This document shows positions 36,463-50,645 of a stretch of 64,000 bases of DNA, piece after piece. The notes under the pieces were generated by a model. It did no database searches. It was given only the letters and a program-made list of their open reading frames with translations, and had not been told where the DNA came from. Each line of letters starts with the position of its first letter. Position 1 is the stretch's first letter. Location of the stretch: assembly GCA_030324005.1 (NCBI GenBank), contig JARDVH010000128.1, positions 14,374,138-14,438,137 of the forward strand, read 5' to 3'. This DNA comes from Negaprion brevirostris (taxonomy: Eukaryota). Position numbers and translations under genes: made by a program.

Positions 36463-37589
36463 AATCTTAATGATGGTTATTTTGACATTAAATTACAAAC
36501 CATTGTCATTGTCGCAGTGTCTCGCGCTTCAAGTTCACGACCACCATTCTCCACCTGAGTTCACAATCTAGGCAGCTTGCCAAAGAGCGGGTGCTTTGTA
36601 ATGGGAACGTGCAGTCTCAAAGGAAGAAAGAGATGATCAGAGAGTGAAAACAAAGACTGCACTCATGTATACCTCCCTTCAACTAGCGTGGACAGAGGCC
36701 AAGAATTAGGTCACCTATCTGTCTGGACAGCCAGGAAAACTGTGACCTAAATAAAATCAGACCCATTGGCTTTGAAAAATAAGGAATAATAATACACTTC
36801 AAAAATGTCCTGGCTATATTCAGAATGTGGTGCGATGATGTACAAGAAGCTAAAGCCATAATAGTTTTAACCCATAAAATGTGTCCATTTCTCCAAAGCT
36901 TCAGTTGTAAGGTTTTGAATGCAGCCTTGTGTAATGACAACGGTGACCCCTTGCAATAGTCTCTTTGGAAAGTCTTTCCTACAATGTGGCAATTCTCACG
37001 TACGCTTTGGAATATTTGTATTAATGAGGCTAGAGTGAGATTGAAACAAAGTTTTCCTTCTTTGGGCTCAGAAAACTTAATCCAGGCAAATCAATTTTTA
37101 TTGAAGCTTTTTTTCTCTGGGTTGAAGATCCTGGTTCTCCTTTTGTTTACGATTGGCCCGGTGGTTCACACAGAGCACCCGCATGCTCATATTACAGTCA
37201 GCATGATACATGGTGTGCTTTTACTGTCAAAAAATGTAGATTGAACTTGCAGATAGTGGAAACAGGAACAGTGCAGGGGTTTGTAATTAGCATTTTGGAC
37301 TTTTGGCAGAATTTGTTATTGATACAAAAAAAAGGCCACAAGTAATTTTTTCCTGAGATTTCGCTCCTTTTATGTTAAAATGTTTTAGCCACGACATGCT
37401 CATAGAGTCATAGAGATTTACAGCAGGCCCTTCGGCCCAACTTGTCCATGCTCACTTCCATATATCTGTGCGTTGCAGCATGTACATTGCATACGAGCAC
37501 CCATTGCTTTAAAATAACCATAATGTAGTGCGAATTGCGTGAATAGGGTCTGCACTTCTGGCCTAATTGGCAATCTGGACACCAGTCAC

Positions 37590-38260
37590 TGAAATTAAGC
37601 ATGCAGGTGGTATGAAGGCAAAGAGTATGTTGGCCTTTATAGCAGGAGGATTCAGGTATAGGAGCAGCGTCTTGATTATATAGCAATTATATGGGGCCTT
37701 AGTGAGGCCACACCTGGAATATTGTTTGTAATTTTGGTCTCTTTATCTGAAGAAGGATGCTCTTGCTATAGAGTATGCAGAGAAGATTTATGAGACTGAT
37801 CTCTGGGATGGCAAGACTGACATACGAGGAGAGATTGATCAGTTAGGATTACATTCACTGAAGGTTAGAACATCGAGGGGATGATCTCATAGGAACCTAT
37901 AAAATTTTAACAGGACAGGAGAGGGTAAATGCAGGAAGGGTGTTCTTGATGATGAGGTGTCCAGAACCAGGGGTCATAGTCTGAGGTTACAGGGTAAGCT
38001 ATTTTTGGGGGATTGAGATGAGGAGGAATTTCTTCACTTAGGGAGTGTGGAATTCACAGCTACAGAAAACAGTTGAGGCCAAAACATTGTGTGTTTTCAA
38101 AAAGGAGTTAAATACAGTTCTTGAGGCAAAGGGGATGAAAAGATATTGGAGGAAGACTGGATCAGGCTGTTGAGTTGGATGGTCAGCCATGAACATAATG
38201 GTGAAGCAGACTTGAAGAGTTAAATGGCCTATTCCTGTTACTATTTGCTATGTTTCTATG
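37590..38260 (+). mobile_element. CR1 LINE 3' fragment
   Basis: [18 protein letters not shown] remnant and CR1 tail; homologous to 8890-9500. Confidence 0.9.
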
Positions 38261-38706
38261 GTGATTGATTGATCTGAAGTGGGCCAGTTTAGTGATGGGA
38301 GGGTGGCCTCTAGTGTCATTTACTAACGTGAAGGATTGTGGAAACCAGATTTTGAGAGGATTTCGGCAAAGCTGGTTTCAAGAATATGAGTTTATTCGTT
38401 GTGCTTGTGTCTTGTAATGTTAGTGGATTCCTTTGTTTTGGCTACAGGCTGAGAGAGAGAAATCATGGGGTATGACAAGTTTGTATGATGGAGATCACAA
38501 GGAACTATCCCTTTGCCAGGATGTTGAGGCTTCATTTTAACTTCATTTTAACAGTCCACCTGAGGGACTGTTATGAGTTAGCTTCCCGATGAAACAGCAC
38601 CAAAGATGAAGAAGCTGCACCAACATTAGTGAATGCAGCTAAATGCTGAAGGGGGCAATTAAAAGTGGAATTTGAACCCATAATCTTCTTACTCAGAAGT
38701 GGGAAT

Positions 38707-39170
38707 GCTGTCTGCGACCTCCTCATTATTCACCCTCAATGTCTGCGACCTCCTCATTATTCACCCTCGCTGTCTGCGACCTCCTCATTATACACCCTCG
38801 CTGTCTGCGACCTCCTCATTATTCACCCTCACTGTCTGCGACCTCCTCATTATTCACCCTCATTGTCCGAGATCCCTCAGTATTTACCGTTGCACACTAC
38901 AACCTCCTCAGTTTTCACCCCTGCTGGCTATGACCTCCTCACTGTTCACCCTCACTCTGCGATCTCCTCACTGTCCACCCTCGCTGTCTATCATCTCCTC
39001 ACTGTTCACCCTCTGTCTACAATCTCCACATTGTTCACTCTTGCTGCCTACAATCTGCTCACTGATCACCCTCACTGTCTGCGATCTCCTCACTGTTCGC
39101 CCTGTCTATGATCTCCTCTCTGTTCACCCTCACTGTTTATGATCTCCTCACTGATCACCCTCGCTGCCTG
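38707..39170. repeat. 31-bp minisatellite, about 15 copies (gctgtctgcgacctcctcattattcaccctc)
   Basis: tctgcgacc recurs at 38711, 38742, 38773, 38804 and 38835. Later units are more diverged. Explains the overlapping repetitive ORFs. Confidence 0.95.
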
Positions 39171-40157
39171 CAAGTTTCCTCAGTACCTGTGATGATGTTT
39201 ACCCTCCTCTTGACAAAAGGTGACTGAGGTTTTACGAGCTAAATGAAAGCTACAGACTGTTATATATCGCTCCAGACTTCTAAATACACTGCTGCCTTGT
39301 CAATCTTAAATCAAAAATGCCATCCCCGGCAAAGTTCTTACAGGGGTTGATGACAAGAATGTGGAATTTTAAATGAGGGAAATGATAATGTGTCTTATTA
39401 GAGGTTACAATGTTAAGGAGTGATAAAGTGCTTGGAGTGAAAGTGAAGATTGTTTTCTGTGTTGGCCCAAAGTAATGGTGTCACAATTGATGAGTGTCTG
39501 GCTACTTGAACTATCAGACTTAGTTACTGAAAACAGATCCAAAATGAATAATTCTCTGATTCCCCATTAGGTTTGAATGATGTCCATAAGATTACTCACG
39601 CTTACACACTCTGGGCTGTTTTGGCCAAAACATTAGTTATGATGTCATTCATCTTGGTGGGAAAATTATCGAACATCAGGAAATGACCTTAAGATTATTA
39701 ATTTCACTTACAATAAGTGCAGTTTCTGTTATTATAATTCCACGGTGGTATAATTTAAAGTTGTATAAAGTTCCACTGTCTGATAATTAAAAGCTGCAGT
39801 GCCCCAAATTTGTAATGGTGTTTCCTTTCCACTCTGACTTGTGACTAAGTGGTAAGCTCCATTCTTCAGGAAGATATTCAAGCTGTCCCAGGGGTGCTAG
39901 TTTATGAAGACCCTGCCTGTGTACCTGTGCCAGTGGTCCCTTCACCGTTGTACGCAGGTCTCTGCGATTGGCAAGAACCTAGGATTGTTTTGGATCTTAA
40001 GTTTGGGGTTAATTTGAAAACAAGGGAAACTTCAGTTCTTGGCTGATGTAAATTTCTAATTACTTAGGAAACTACAAGTGGTAACTGTAGAATGTCGCCT
40101 AGCCAAATGCCAGATATCGGAAATAAGAACAAAATAAGCTGGAAAAACTCAGCTGGT

Positions 40158-40473
40158 CGGCATGGTGGCACAGTGGTTAGCACTGCCGCCTCACAGCACC
40201 AGCGACCCAGGTTCAAATCTGGCCTTGGTCTGTGAGGAGTTTGCACATTCTCCCCATGTCTGCGTGGGTTTNNNNNNNNNNNNNNNNNNNNNNNNNNNNN
40301 NNNNNNNNNNNNNNNNNNNNNNNNNNNNNNNNNTCCCAAGTTGTGTAGGTTAGGGATATTAGTAGGTTAAATATGTGGGATTACGGTGATAGGGCCTGAG
40401 TAAGATGCTGTGTTGAAGAGTCGGTGCAGACTCGATGAGCTAAATGACCTCCTTCTGCATTGCAGTGGATTCT
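40158..40473 (+). mobile_element. HE1-type SINE (internal N-gap)
   Basis: HE1 head, core and tail. Confidence 0.9.
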
Positions 40474-41616
40474 ACACATGAGGGTGCTAAGAATATGACT
40501 GGATTCTGTGTCATCTGTTAACCTGAAGATGCCTTGTTTCTACTAAGGCTAACTTATTTGATCAGATACACTCCTTAATCAGATTGAAAAAAATCAAAAA
40601 CGTATACAATGTCAAAATACATTAAGAACATGGTGAGGGACAGCCAAATTACCCGCTACTAAATAAGTCTACCTGTATCGACAATTTGAGCCCAACTGAA
40701 TTACCTTTCAACTATCTGTAACTCAACAATGGTAATTAGTGACTTATTTTATTCCTGTAACACTTAAAACTTAGAGATACCATGGAATCTCTTCCTATGG
40801 AAACTGGAAAATGACAGCCTCTTCATTGATGGTGCTAAATAGTTTACATTATAAAAGAGACAAGCGGGAATTTGCAATGACAACTACATGCAAAGTGTGG
40901 AATAAGGCTACATTCAATGCTGCCAAATCTTATTTATTTAGTGTATTTTAAACCTTTAAAATATGGCATAGTGAATCTTTGCTAAGGTGCTGAGCACAAA
41001 GCTAAATATAGTGCTCCAAATGAAGTTCGGCCTTGCTTTGCTGCTTGTTTTATATTTGAAATTTCTCACACTTTTGATTAATTTCCGAACAAGCTTTTAA
41101 TAGTATGTAAATACTGGATGGAAACTACATAAATTTTATTTTCTAAATACTATCACAGTTTGCACCTTTATCCTAAAAGTTACTTTTTTTGTTCTGACAT
41201 ATCATTAGTACCCAGTAAACTCAATCTCAAACATGGGCAGGGACCACCCAGCCACTCATCACCTGACTTTGAATATTACAGCAAACTCTTCAGTGTTAAT
41301 CAGGTTAAACCCTACTTCACAGGCCCTTTAATCAGCTCTTCAAGATGACCTTCACTGCACTTTTCATCCTTTGAACAGTTCAACAGACCTGTAAAACAAC
41401 CACTTGCACCTGGGAGAGGTAGCTGAACACAGCCCCTTGAAACTCTTTATGGCTCTTCAGGTTCAATTGGCTTCTTTTGAAGACCAGAGGGATTATCAGA
41501 ATGCCTTTTGTTTTGGCATTACGTTTGTACCAGAGTCACAGGAAAGCGCGAACAGATTTTTTTGGGAGTTTCAGAGCGTATGTTTTAGTTGCCTGACAAC
41601 TAGGCAACTAAAACTA

Positions 41617-41930
41617 GGTGGCACAGTGGTCAGCATTGCTGCCTTACAGTGCCAAGGACCCAGGTTCAATTCCTGGCTTGGGCCACTGTCTGAGTGGAGT
41701 TTGCACATTCTCCCCATGTTTGCATGGGTTTCCTCCTGGTGCCCCGGCTTCCTCCCACCGTCCAAAGATGTGCGGGTTAGGTGGATTGGCCGTGCTAAAT
41801 TGCACCTTAGTGTCAGGGCCACTAGCTAGAGTAAATGCATGGGGTTGCAGTGGTAGGGCCGGGGTGGGATTGTGGTCAGTGCAGACTTGATGAATGGCCT
41901 CCTTCTTCATCGTAGGATTGTATGATTCTA
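41617..41930 (+). mobile_element. HE1-type SINE
   Basis: HE1 head, core and tail. Confidence 0.92.
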
Positions 41931-42054
41931 ATAAAGTTGGTGTTTACTAAACTGCCTTGCTTGGCTCAAAACTAATCATGAATATTTTTCTTCGACATTT
42001 GTGGTGGTCTTTTAAAGTTTCACACCAAACATGCTGGGTATCAAAGGAAATTAG

Positions 42055-42165
42055 GGGTGGGATTTTCCAATGTTGTCCCCTGCCACCCAGCTGCAAATGA
42101 GAAAAGAGAATTTGGCAATCTAGCCAAAACTCCATTCACTGCAGCAACATTGGAGAATCCCAGCT
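42055..42165. mobile_element. Short MITE-like element
   Basis: ggggtgggattttccaatg...cattggagaatccca inverted termini. Confidence 0.5.
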
Positions 42166-43580
42166 GTGGATGAGGTTGGAGTATTTGCACAGGTGTTTCT
42201 TTTTACCTTTTACCAAAGTAAAATGAGGAGTTTGTTAGAACTGAATGACGAGCAGTTTTTTTCTCTGAGCTTAAATGGAGGAGCATTCTTGGTGACCCTG
42301 AGACAGTCCATTTTCATATGGCTCTGCCTTACTAACGAGGGCATCAGCTGGAAAGCAAAACAAATTAGCAGAAAATTGACGGTCACCATACTTTATTTTT
42401 CTTGATTTCACCAATAGGATCATAGAGAAATGATGAACTCCTAGTTGCTACAATTGCAGAGGCTTGAGGCTCATCATTTTCTGTACATTCGCCATTAAGG
42501 TGAAATTGTAAGACATTTGTTAGGATCCAGTGAATTTAAAACATGCAAAGTTGGCTGGCTGTAAATGATAAATTGATGCCAGAAAAATTGCATCTGCCGT
42601 TTGAACACTGCAAGATCTTACAGAAGGATTATTTTTATATTTCAAGTGTATGAAAGTCAGCGCAAAATTACTCCCACACTCCTGGCTATAAACAGAGAAT
42701 TGCAAGGTCCAGTTACCTGTTAAAAGGCAAGAGGTGCAATCTGACCTTTTGTTCCATAGCTTCTGAATCACATTCCCTCATACTTCAGGTCTGAAATCCT
42801 TAGAATGCATGGAGAAAGTTTTATTTTGTGGTAATTTATAGACACGGTGTGAAGAATTGACATGAAGGAAAAAAGGCAGATTTAAAATTTATTGCAGAGG
42901 CAGTCATTAGTAAATATTTTACATTGTACCTTTGTGATGTGCATGCTGCACTTATCATAGAAATAACAGCCCAGGCCAACTAAGAAAAAGGTGGTACGTT
43001 TTTCTTTCTCCCTGGATCGGACAGTTTCTGCTAGTAGCAATATATTACTGCATTTCTTGATTGAAGGCGTGGTATCCAATAAAAATTAGATTGTTACCAT
43101 CAACAAAAGGAACTTTAAATATTCAAAATTGAGAGGGACACAGACGTTAGCANNNNNNNNNNNNNNNNNNNNNNNNNNNNNNNNNNNNNNNNNNNNNNNN
43201 NNNNNNNNNNNNNNNNNNNNNNNNNNNNNNNNNNNNNNNNNNNNNNNNNNNNGCTGTAGGTTCTATTTCCATTTGAAATAGAAATTGGAGATTGAATAGA
43301 GGTGTTCAGCGTTAGGAAAAACTTTGTTCAAGGAGGCTGGATAAATCTGTTTCCACTGCTGGGGGATCAATAACCAGGGGGCAAAATTAGATGATTAACC
43401 CAAAAAAAGGACAGGGAGAGATTAGGTGAATACTAAGAGTTGTTTGGACATGGAATGCCCCACCAGAAACAGATGTAAAAGGAGACAGGAATCTCATGCA
43501 ATACAAAGCTGCAATTGTATAACTTCATTGATAGAAACTATTACCATTTCTTCATTGCTGGGTCAAGATCTTGGATCTTT

Positions 43581-43897
43581 GGGTGGCACAGTGGTTCGCA
43601 CCGCTGTCTCACAGTACCAGGGATCCAGATTCGATTCCCAGCTTGGGCCACTGTCTGTGCAGGGTTTGCAAATTCTCCCCATGTCTGCATGTGTATCCTC
43701 CAGTGCTCCAGTTTCCTTCCACAGTCCAAAGATGTGCAGGTTAGGTGGATTTTGCCACGTTAATTTGCCCCTTAATGTCAGGGGGACTAGTTAGGATAAA
43801 TACATGGGATTATAGGAATAGGGCCTGTGTGGGTTTGTGGTCGTCGCAGACTTGATGGGCTGAATGGCCTCTTCCTGCTGTGTATAATTCTATGATG
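43581..43897 (+). mobile_element. HE1-type SINE
   Basis: HE1 head, core and tail. Confidence 0.9.
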
Positions 43898-44647
43898 CTA
43901 TCTTCATGCTCAACAGCATAATGGAAAGTTCCTTTACCAATTGGTTCAGCAGATCTTCACCAGTCTTTCAAGATGGTCCACCACCACCACAATGTCGAGG
44001 GCAACTAGAGCAAGGCAGTAAGAACCAGTCTTGCTAATGATGTCCACATCCCAAGAATGAAGTAAAAAAACTGATAGCAAAGCTTGAGAAAATCTTTGGA
44101 TTCAGCCACGTGTGAGCAGTGGTTACCATGTCATACATTCCAAGCTGAATTTACTCCTGCTGTTCGGTTAATTCTTTGCTTATATTCCACATGTTTGTAC
44201 AATAAAATGCTTATTTGGATTCTGCAATGTAACCTATCCTTTGCCTTAATGTTTTACTCACATTTTTCTTACTCCAGGTTTAATTACATCTCTTAACTTT
44301 CCTTTTCCAGCCTGTTCCTCTACACCCTTCCTATTAATTATCCTTTCTCCTGGGACTGTGATCCTAGATCAGTTCAGATAGAGCTTGTCCCAGTGGTGCA
44401 GTTCCTGCCTCTTTATTGGTGCCTTTGAAAACCATGGTACAACATTACTCCTTCAGCGTGGCATTCACCTACCTAAATAGCCTTAATTGTCTTGCCTAAC
44501 AAAAAAACTTATCAATTTTAGTTTTATATTTGGGGAATTTCCATCACAAATGTCAACACAAAAAGTATCACTCTGCTTGACACTTGATATAAATGAAAAA
44601 TCTCGGTGAATTTGGTTGAGTGCAATACTTTGTTGAGATATTCTGGA

Positions 44648-44932
44648 GGGTGGCATGGTGGCACAGTAGTTAATGTTGCAACCTCAGGGCCAGGGACTGT
44701 ATTTGATTCTAGCCTTGGGTGACTGTCGAGTTTGCACATTCTCCCGTGTCTGCATGGGTCTCCTCCGAGTGCTCCGGTTTCTTCCCACAGTCCAAAGATG
44801 TGCAGGTTAGAGGGATTAGCAGGGAAAGTACATGGGCCTATGGGGATAGGGTAAGGTGCTCTGTTGGCGAGTTGATGCAAACTCGATGGGCCGAATGGCC
44901 TCCTTCTGCACTGTAGGGATTCTATGTTTCTA
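44648..44932 (+). mobile_element. HE1-type SINE (internally deleted)
   Basis: HE1 head and core, then gatgggccgaatggcctccttctgcactgtagggattctatg tail. Confidence 0.9.
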
Positions 44933-46124
44933 TAATGTACTGTTCATAATTTTCATTGTAAATAATGTAATCCTTCAGCAGACAGTACAAAGGCTATGGG
45001 AGGAATTCCCATGGCACTATCTGTCGGACCATTGGTGGCTGGGGGAGTGAGAGAATTGGCGAGATTGGGAGTTCCACAAGAGGCCAGTGTGAAACCAGTT
45101 TGTATCCTGTTTATGTGATGCAGATGAAGCCCTACTGCAATTCTCCCCCACGCCCAGAAAATGCTTTGGAGAGAACATGTTTAGATTAATGTGGTGTGTA
45201 AAAGTCAGGAGTTACTTAAAGGAAACCTTGGGCTAGCCCCAGAGTTCGGGACGGAGGCCATCAGCGACCCTGGAACACCTCAGCACTGGATGGGAGGGAG
45301 CATCCATCAGCAGGATCTTCCAACTTCACTGTCTATGAGAAGGTTCACCTTCCAGCCTTGCGTGTTTTCCTGGAAATCCACCTTCTTACTTCAATGGTGG
45401 GTCAGTGATGTCGGGTGCCTTTTAAATATGACACTTGGATATGATGGCTGGGTGTACGCCATCAAGCCTGCCCCGCTTCTGAGGGCTGTGCAAAACTGCA
45501 CCATTAGTTATGTCAGGGATGGAAGATATAGCGTGGTTTCCCATTGACCTTCACAGAGAAAATCACTCTCCATACCTGCTCCTGTCTCAGGACTCAATCA
45601 CAATTAGGAGAATTCCACCCTCTAAGTCTCATTCAACTGAAGCTTTGGGCTGGACTACGTGACTGAAACGTGTTCGACCTATCTTATTGATGAAGTCAGT
45701 GCAAGTGAATTAAGAAAAATGTTTTTTCTATATGCTTACTAACTAGTTTGGAGGAAATTTAAGGAAAATAATTTTACACAGCCTTCAAGGGAACAGCTTT
45801 AACACTGCTGGCCCGTTACAGACTCCCACCCAGAATTGGGGCAGGTTTGCAGCCAGACAGCGAAAGTCANNNNNNNNNNGTACGCGTGGAAGCAGCTGTT
45901 TCTGTGTTGCTGCAGGCATTTGGAAAGCTTTTGAACCCTGTCTGAGCATTGCAGGCTTCATCAAATTGTCAAGCCATTGCAACTAAAAGCATCTCTAGGT
46001 ATGAAATGGATTTATTGATAAATATGCTTTGAGTCAACTGGAAGCAACTTGGCCGTAGCACCCGTTTGCCATTGTTTATAACTACTTGCCTAAGCGTGCA
46101 ATTTGTGAAACCATGACATCTCAA

Positions 46125-46230
46125 CACTTCTGATGAAAGGTCATCCAGACTCAAAACATTGGCTCCATTCTCTCTCCACAGATGCCATCGGACCTGCTGA
46201 GATTTTCTAGCATTTTCTGTTTTTGTTATG
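46125..46230 (+). mobile_element. Penelope-like terminal remnant with degenerate hammerhead-like motif
   Basis: CTGATGA-AA-GGTC-ATCCA-GACT-CAAAAC, then ctctctccacagatgcc...gacctgctgagattttctagcattttctgttttt. Confidence 0.7.
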
Positions 46231-48529
46231 TCAAGCTAATGTCTGAGGTAGATCTGTCAGCCTCACACAAGGTTGTTCCTTCTGCGTGCTATACACAAAA
46301 CTCCCATCAACAGGATGTCATTTGTGTTTTTCATTCAAACATGTCCAGGTAATTTGTTAGTGATCAGCTTTGGTTCAATGTGCTTCACATTTCCCTCCTT
46401 AGGTGATTGTGGGTTTAAATCCAACTCCAGAGCCCGCATTCTACTTTCAAGGACAGGAGGTGGTCTAATTTCCCACCCACAAACAGAAAAGTGCTTTCCC
46501 CTTTATAAGTGGTGGTGTATTTCCCAACCCCCCTGGTTTTAATGTGATCCAATTTGTATTCGTAACCTCACAGCAAACCTGTCATAGGATAAACTCAGAG
46601 AGTTAGTTTATTGACATGCACTCAAAGCATGGGAGGAGGGTTCAAAGCTGCCTCCTTTGCATTCATAGAGTTAAAGAGGGATAGAACAAAGAAAGATTGA
46701 CAGCACAGAAAACACAATGAAAAGAAATACTGCGTTGGTTCCTGAGACTAGACTCAAAGTCTGATGAGGTATTTCTTCACGGAGGCTGGTGAGGGCTGAA
46801 AACCATTGATGGATAATTCACATTTCTGGCAGTGTTGCCTTTGAAGGATGAGATAATCATATGGAGATGAAACAGTTTTGCAGTTGATGGTATAGAGTTT
46901 CCAACAGAAGCCTATAGATGAGGCTAGGTGTCTAACCTGGGCCAGAGCTCCTTGCCTGTGAGGCTGCTAATCAGGTGATGAAAAAGCAGACCAAGACTTT
47001 GTAGTTATGCAAGGTCCACAAGTGGGCCCATGTCACATGACTCCCACCTTTCCATATTGCCTTTGACAAAGGATGTATATCCCTTGTCTGGGTCCCTGAG
47101 ATTGTTAAAAGTCTTAGCCATTAAGAATTGAAAAAATTTTGTGGGGCCCGTTGTCTTGTCAGATGAAACAACAGCTGTCGGCCAACCTGGTTATCAAAAT
47201 CAGGTGGCCTTTGTATAGCTCTCTTTGAATTTGATCTGGACAGCTGACAAGAGGTCGTTAGTGGCTCTNNNNNNNNNNNNNNNNNNNNNNNNCTTCAGAG
47301 CATGTTTTCTTTGGGGTTGCAGACAGACATAGATTTAGCCTTTCTAGACCTTTGTCCAGTTTTAAAATTGTTAGAGATAGTAACAAGCATATTCTATATA
47401 TTATTGAAAAATTATGCAGGATGAGGTCTTGGACCCTCACACCAGGTAAATACTTCAGTGCATTATTGGGGGTGTGCTATGTTGCCAGAGATGTTGTCTT
47501 TTGATGTGTTCAGCTTGAAGGATGGATATGCACGTTGTGTTGGCCTAAAATATCCAAATATAGTCTTAAAATTTGGCTCAGCAAAATTCACTTGTAATAA
47601 CAAACTGCAAACAAGAAACCAGGTCAAAATAAAACTGTCTTCAATACTTCAAAGGTTTGAACTCATCAGACTTTCTTTTGCTTGTTTTAAAGTTGTTCCT
47701 AAATTATGTGACTGAAGATCTATTTTTGGATTGTGGTAAACAAATCCTCAAAATCCTAAGGGCAGATTACCAATGTGTTGCCAAGTTTAGGATCCCTTTA
47801 TAATGACTATGAAGTTCCCAACACTGACAGTTGCAAACTGAATACAATCTACATACATTTTGATTTTCTATCTCAATGTCATCACCCTGCACTATCCCCA
47901 TAGCCTTTAATATCTAGAAATCCATCTACCTCTGTCCTTCATATACTCAGTGACTGAGCCTGCACAGCCCTCTGAGTAATGAAATTCTTTCTCATCTCAG
48001 TCTTAAATGACCTACCTCTTATTCTCGGACTGCGTCCCCTGCTTCTAGATTCCCAAGCCAGGGGAAACATTCTTGCAGTAATCTACCAAATCAAGTCTGT
48101 AAGAACTCTGTCTGCTTCAATTAGATCATCTCTCATTCTTCTAAACTCTAGAGATCATGGGACCAGTCTCCTACATCTCTCTTAGAACAATCCGCTGTCC
48201 CAGGGATCACTTTGGTGAACCTTTGTTGCACTCCTATGGCAAGTATATCCTTTGGTAAAGAGACAAAAACTATATACAATACTCCATTGCAGGCTCACCA
48301 AGGCTCTAAACAATTGTAGCAAGACTCCTGTACTTAAATCTTTTGCAATAAAGGCCAGCATACCATTTGCGTTTTCCTAATCGCTTGCTAAATCTTGCAT
48401 ATTTGCTTTAAGTGACTTCTGAACAAGGACATCAACATTGTTGGTATGCTGCATGTCCTGTAGACCAAATGAAGAGATTCTGAGTCTTCTATTGTTGAAC
48501 ACTAAGTGTTTATTGATAACATGTAGCTA

Positions 48530-49780
48530 TGTCCTAGGTCCAGCCATTTTCAGCTGTTTCATTAATGACCTTTCTTCAACATCACAGGTGGCATGGCGAC
48601 ACAGTGGTTAGCACTTGTGCCTCACAGTGCCAGAGACTCAGGTTCGATTCCTGGCTTGTGTCACTGTCTGTGTGGAATTTGCACATTCTTCTCATGTCTG
48701 CTTGGGTTTCCTCTGGCTACTCCAGTTTCTCCTCTCGGTCCAAAGATGTGCAGGTTACACGGATTGGCCATGCTAAATTGCCCGTTACACCCCCAAGATG
48801 TGTAGGTTAGATGGATTAGCCATGGTAAGTGTTTGGGGCTACTGGGAGAGGACCTGGGTAAGTTGCTCTCCGAGAGTTGGTGCAGACTCATTGGGTCGAA
48901 TGGCCTCCTTCTGCACTGTTGGGATTCTATGATTCCATTCATGTACGTTCATGATTGTACAATATTCAGCATCATTTGTGACTCTCCGGGTACTAAGACA
49001 GTCCATGCCCAAATGCAGCAAGACCTCGACAACATTCAGGGTTGATCTGATAAGTGGCAAGTAACATCCGTGTCACACATCTCTAGCAGGAGAGAGAATC
49101 TAACTATCTCCCCGTTATTGTTACTGAATCCTCCACTATCAGTATCCTGGGGGTTACAATAGACCAGAAACTGAACTAGACCAGCCACATAAGTATAGTG
49201 GTTATAAGAGCAGGGCAGAGGATGGCAATTCTGTGACAATTAACTTAGCTCCTGACTCCGGAAAGCCTGTTCATCATCTATAAGATACAAGTCATGAGTG
49301 TAACAAAATACTCTCCACTTTTTTAGATAAGTGTGGCTCTAGCAATACTCATGAAGCTCAACACTATACAGCACAAAGCAGCCCACTTGATTGGCACCCC
49401 ATCCATCACCTTCAACATTCTCTCCACCACTAATGCACAGTGGCAGCAGTGTGTAGGGTCAACACAATACAGCAATTCACTAAGGCTGTTTTGACGATAC
49501 CTTCCAAAACCCATGATCACTGCCATCTAGCTGATGCATGGAAGCATCACCATCTGCATGAACCCTCCAAGTCACGGGCCATCCTGAGTTGGAAACATAT
49601 CGTCATTTCATCACTGTCATTGGGTCAAAATCCTGGAACACCCTTCCTAATGGTACTATAGATGTACCTACACTACATTAATTGCGGTGGTTCAAGAAGG
49701 CTGCCCACCACCACTTTCCTGAGGGCAATTAGGAATGGACAATCAGTGCTGGCCTAGCTAGTGATGCCCATAACTTGTGA
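48530..49780 (+). mobile_element. Second LINE family, 3' part, with HE1 inserted at 48587-48935
   Basis: Homologous to 25585-26378 (ttcagctgtttcattaatgacc; tagaccagaaactgaactagaccagccacat). Confidence 0.85.
48587..48935 (+). mobile_element. HE1-type SINE
   Basis: HE1 head, core and tail. Confidence 0.92.
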
Positions 49781-49916
49781 AAGAATTGGAAAAAGATTCT
49801 AGCATTTTCCTTTCTACTAATGTCAGACTAACAGATCTGCAGTTTCTTATTTTCTTTCTTTCTCTTTTCTTAAATATTGGGGTTACCTTTGTTTCCTTCC
49901 AATCTGCCCCCAGTTG

Positions 49917-50242
49917 GGTGGCACGGTAGCACAGTGGTTAACACTGCTGCTTCACAGCTCCAGGGACCTGGGTTCGATTCCTGGCTCGGGTCACTGTCTG
50001 TNNNNNNNNNNNNNNNNNNNNNNNNNNNNNNNNNNCTCCGGTTTCCTCCCACAGTCCAAAGATGTGCAGGTTAGGTTGATTGGCCATGCTAAAAAATTGC
50101 CCCTTAGTGTCCTGAGATGCGTAGCTTAGAGGATTTATGGGTAAAATATGTAGAGATATGGGGATAGGACCTGAGTGGGATTGTGGTCGGTGCAGACTTG
50201 ATGGGCTGGAGGGCCTCTTTCTGCACTGTAGGGGTTCTATGA
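49917..50242 (+). mobile_element. HE1-type SINE with 8-bp flanking direct repeat
   Basis: HE1 body; caatctgc at 49900-49907 and 50251-50258. Confidence 0.92.
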
Positions 50243-50645
50243 ATTATGATCAATCTGCAGGCATTGTTCCAGCATTTGTAGAATTTTGGAAGGTGGCCAC
50301 CAACACATCCACTACCCCTATAGCCACCTCTTTCAATTCTCTGGGATCATTATGTCCAGAGGTTTCGTCAACTTTCCATCCCACTTCTTTCACCTGTGCT
50401 CTTTTTTCTAATACAAATTTATTTCAGTTCCTCAGTCTCTCTAGATCCTAGTTCTTTAGTATGTTTCTCTGTGAAGACGGTCACACAGTATTTGATTAGT
50501 TTCTTTGCCATTTCCTTATGAATTTTCTTGTCTCTGCCTATAGTGGGCTCACATTTGTCTTTGCTTATCTTTTCCTGATTACATACTTATAGACGACGTT
50601 ACAGTCCATTTTCATGTTTCTCACTAGTTTGTTTTCGTATTCATT

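Noticed and set aside
38665-39142. Long repetitive ORFs (147-148 aa) and a possible CRISPR-like array
   Set aside because: These are head-to-tail 31-bp units with no unique spacers and no cas genes, in a eukaryotic context. The ORFs are by-products of a stop-poor minisatellite.
41404-41910. Recurrent similar peptides (MVAQWLALLPHS.., GHCLCGVCTFSP..) in many ORFs
   Set aside because: These are translations of HE1 SINE copies, not a protein family.
46555-47215. Possible ERV/LTR-like segment
   Set aside because: I could not identify matching termini, PBS/PPT or coding motifs.
47421-47446. Possible 26-nt exon (tatgcAG..CAG|gtaaat)
   Set aside because: The polypyrimidine tract is poor and it is isolated from other exon candidates, so it is likely chance.
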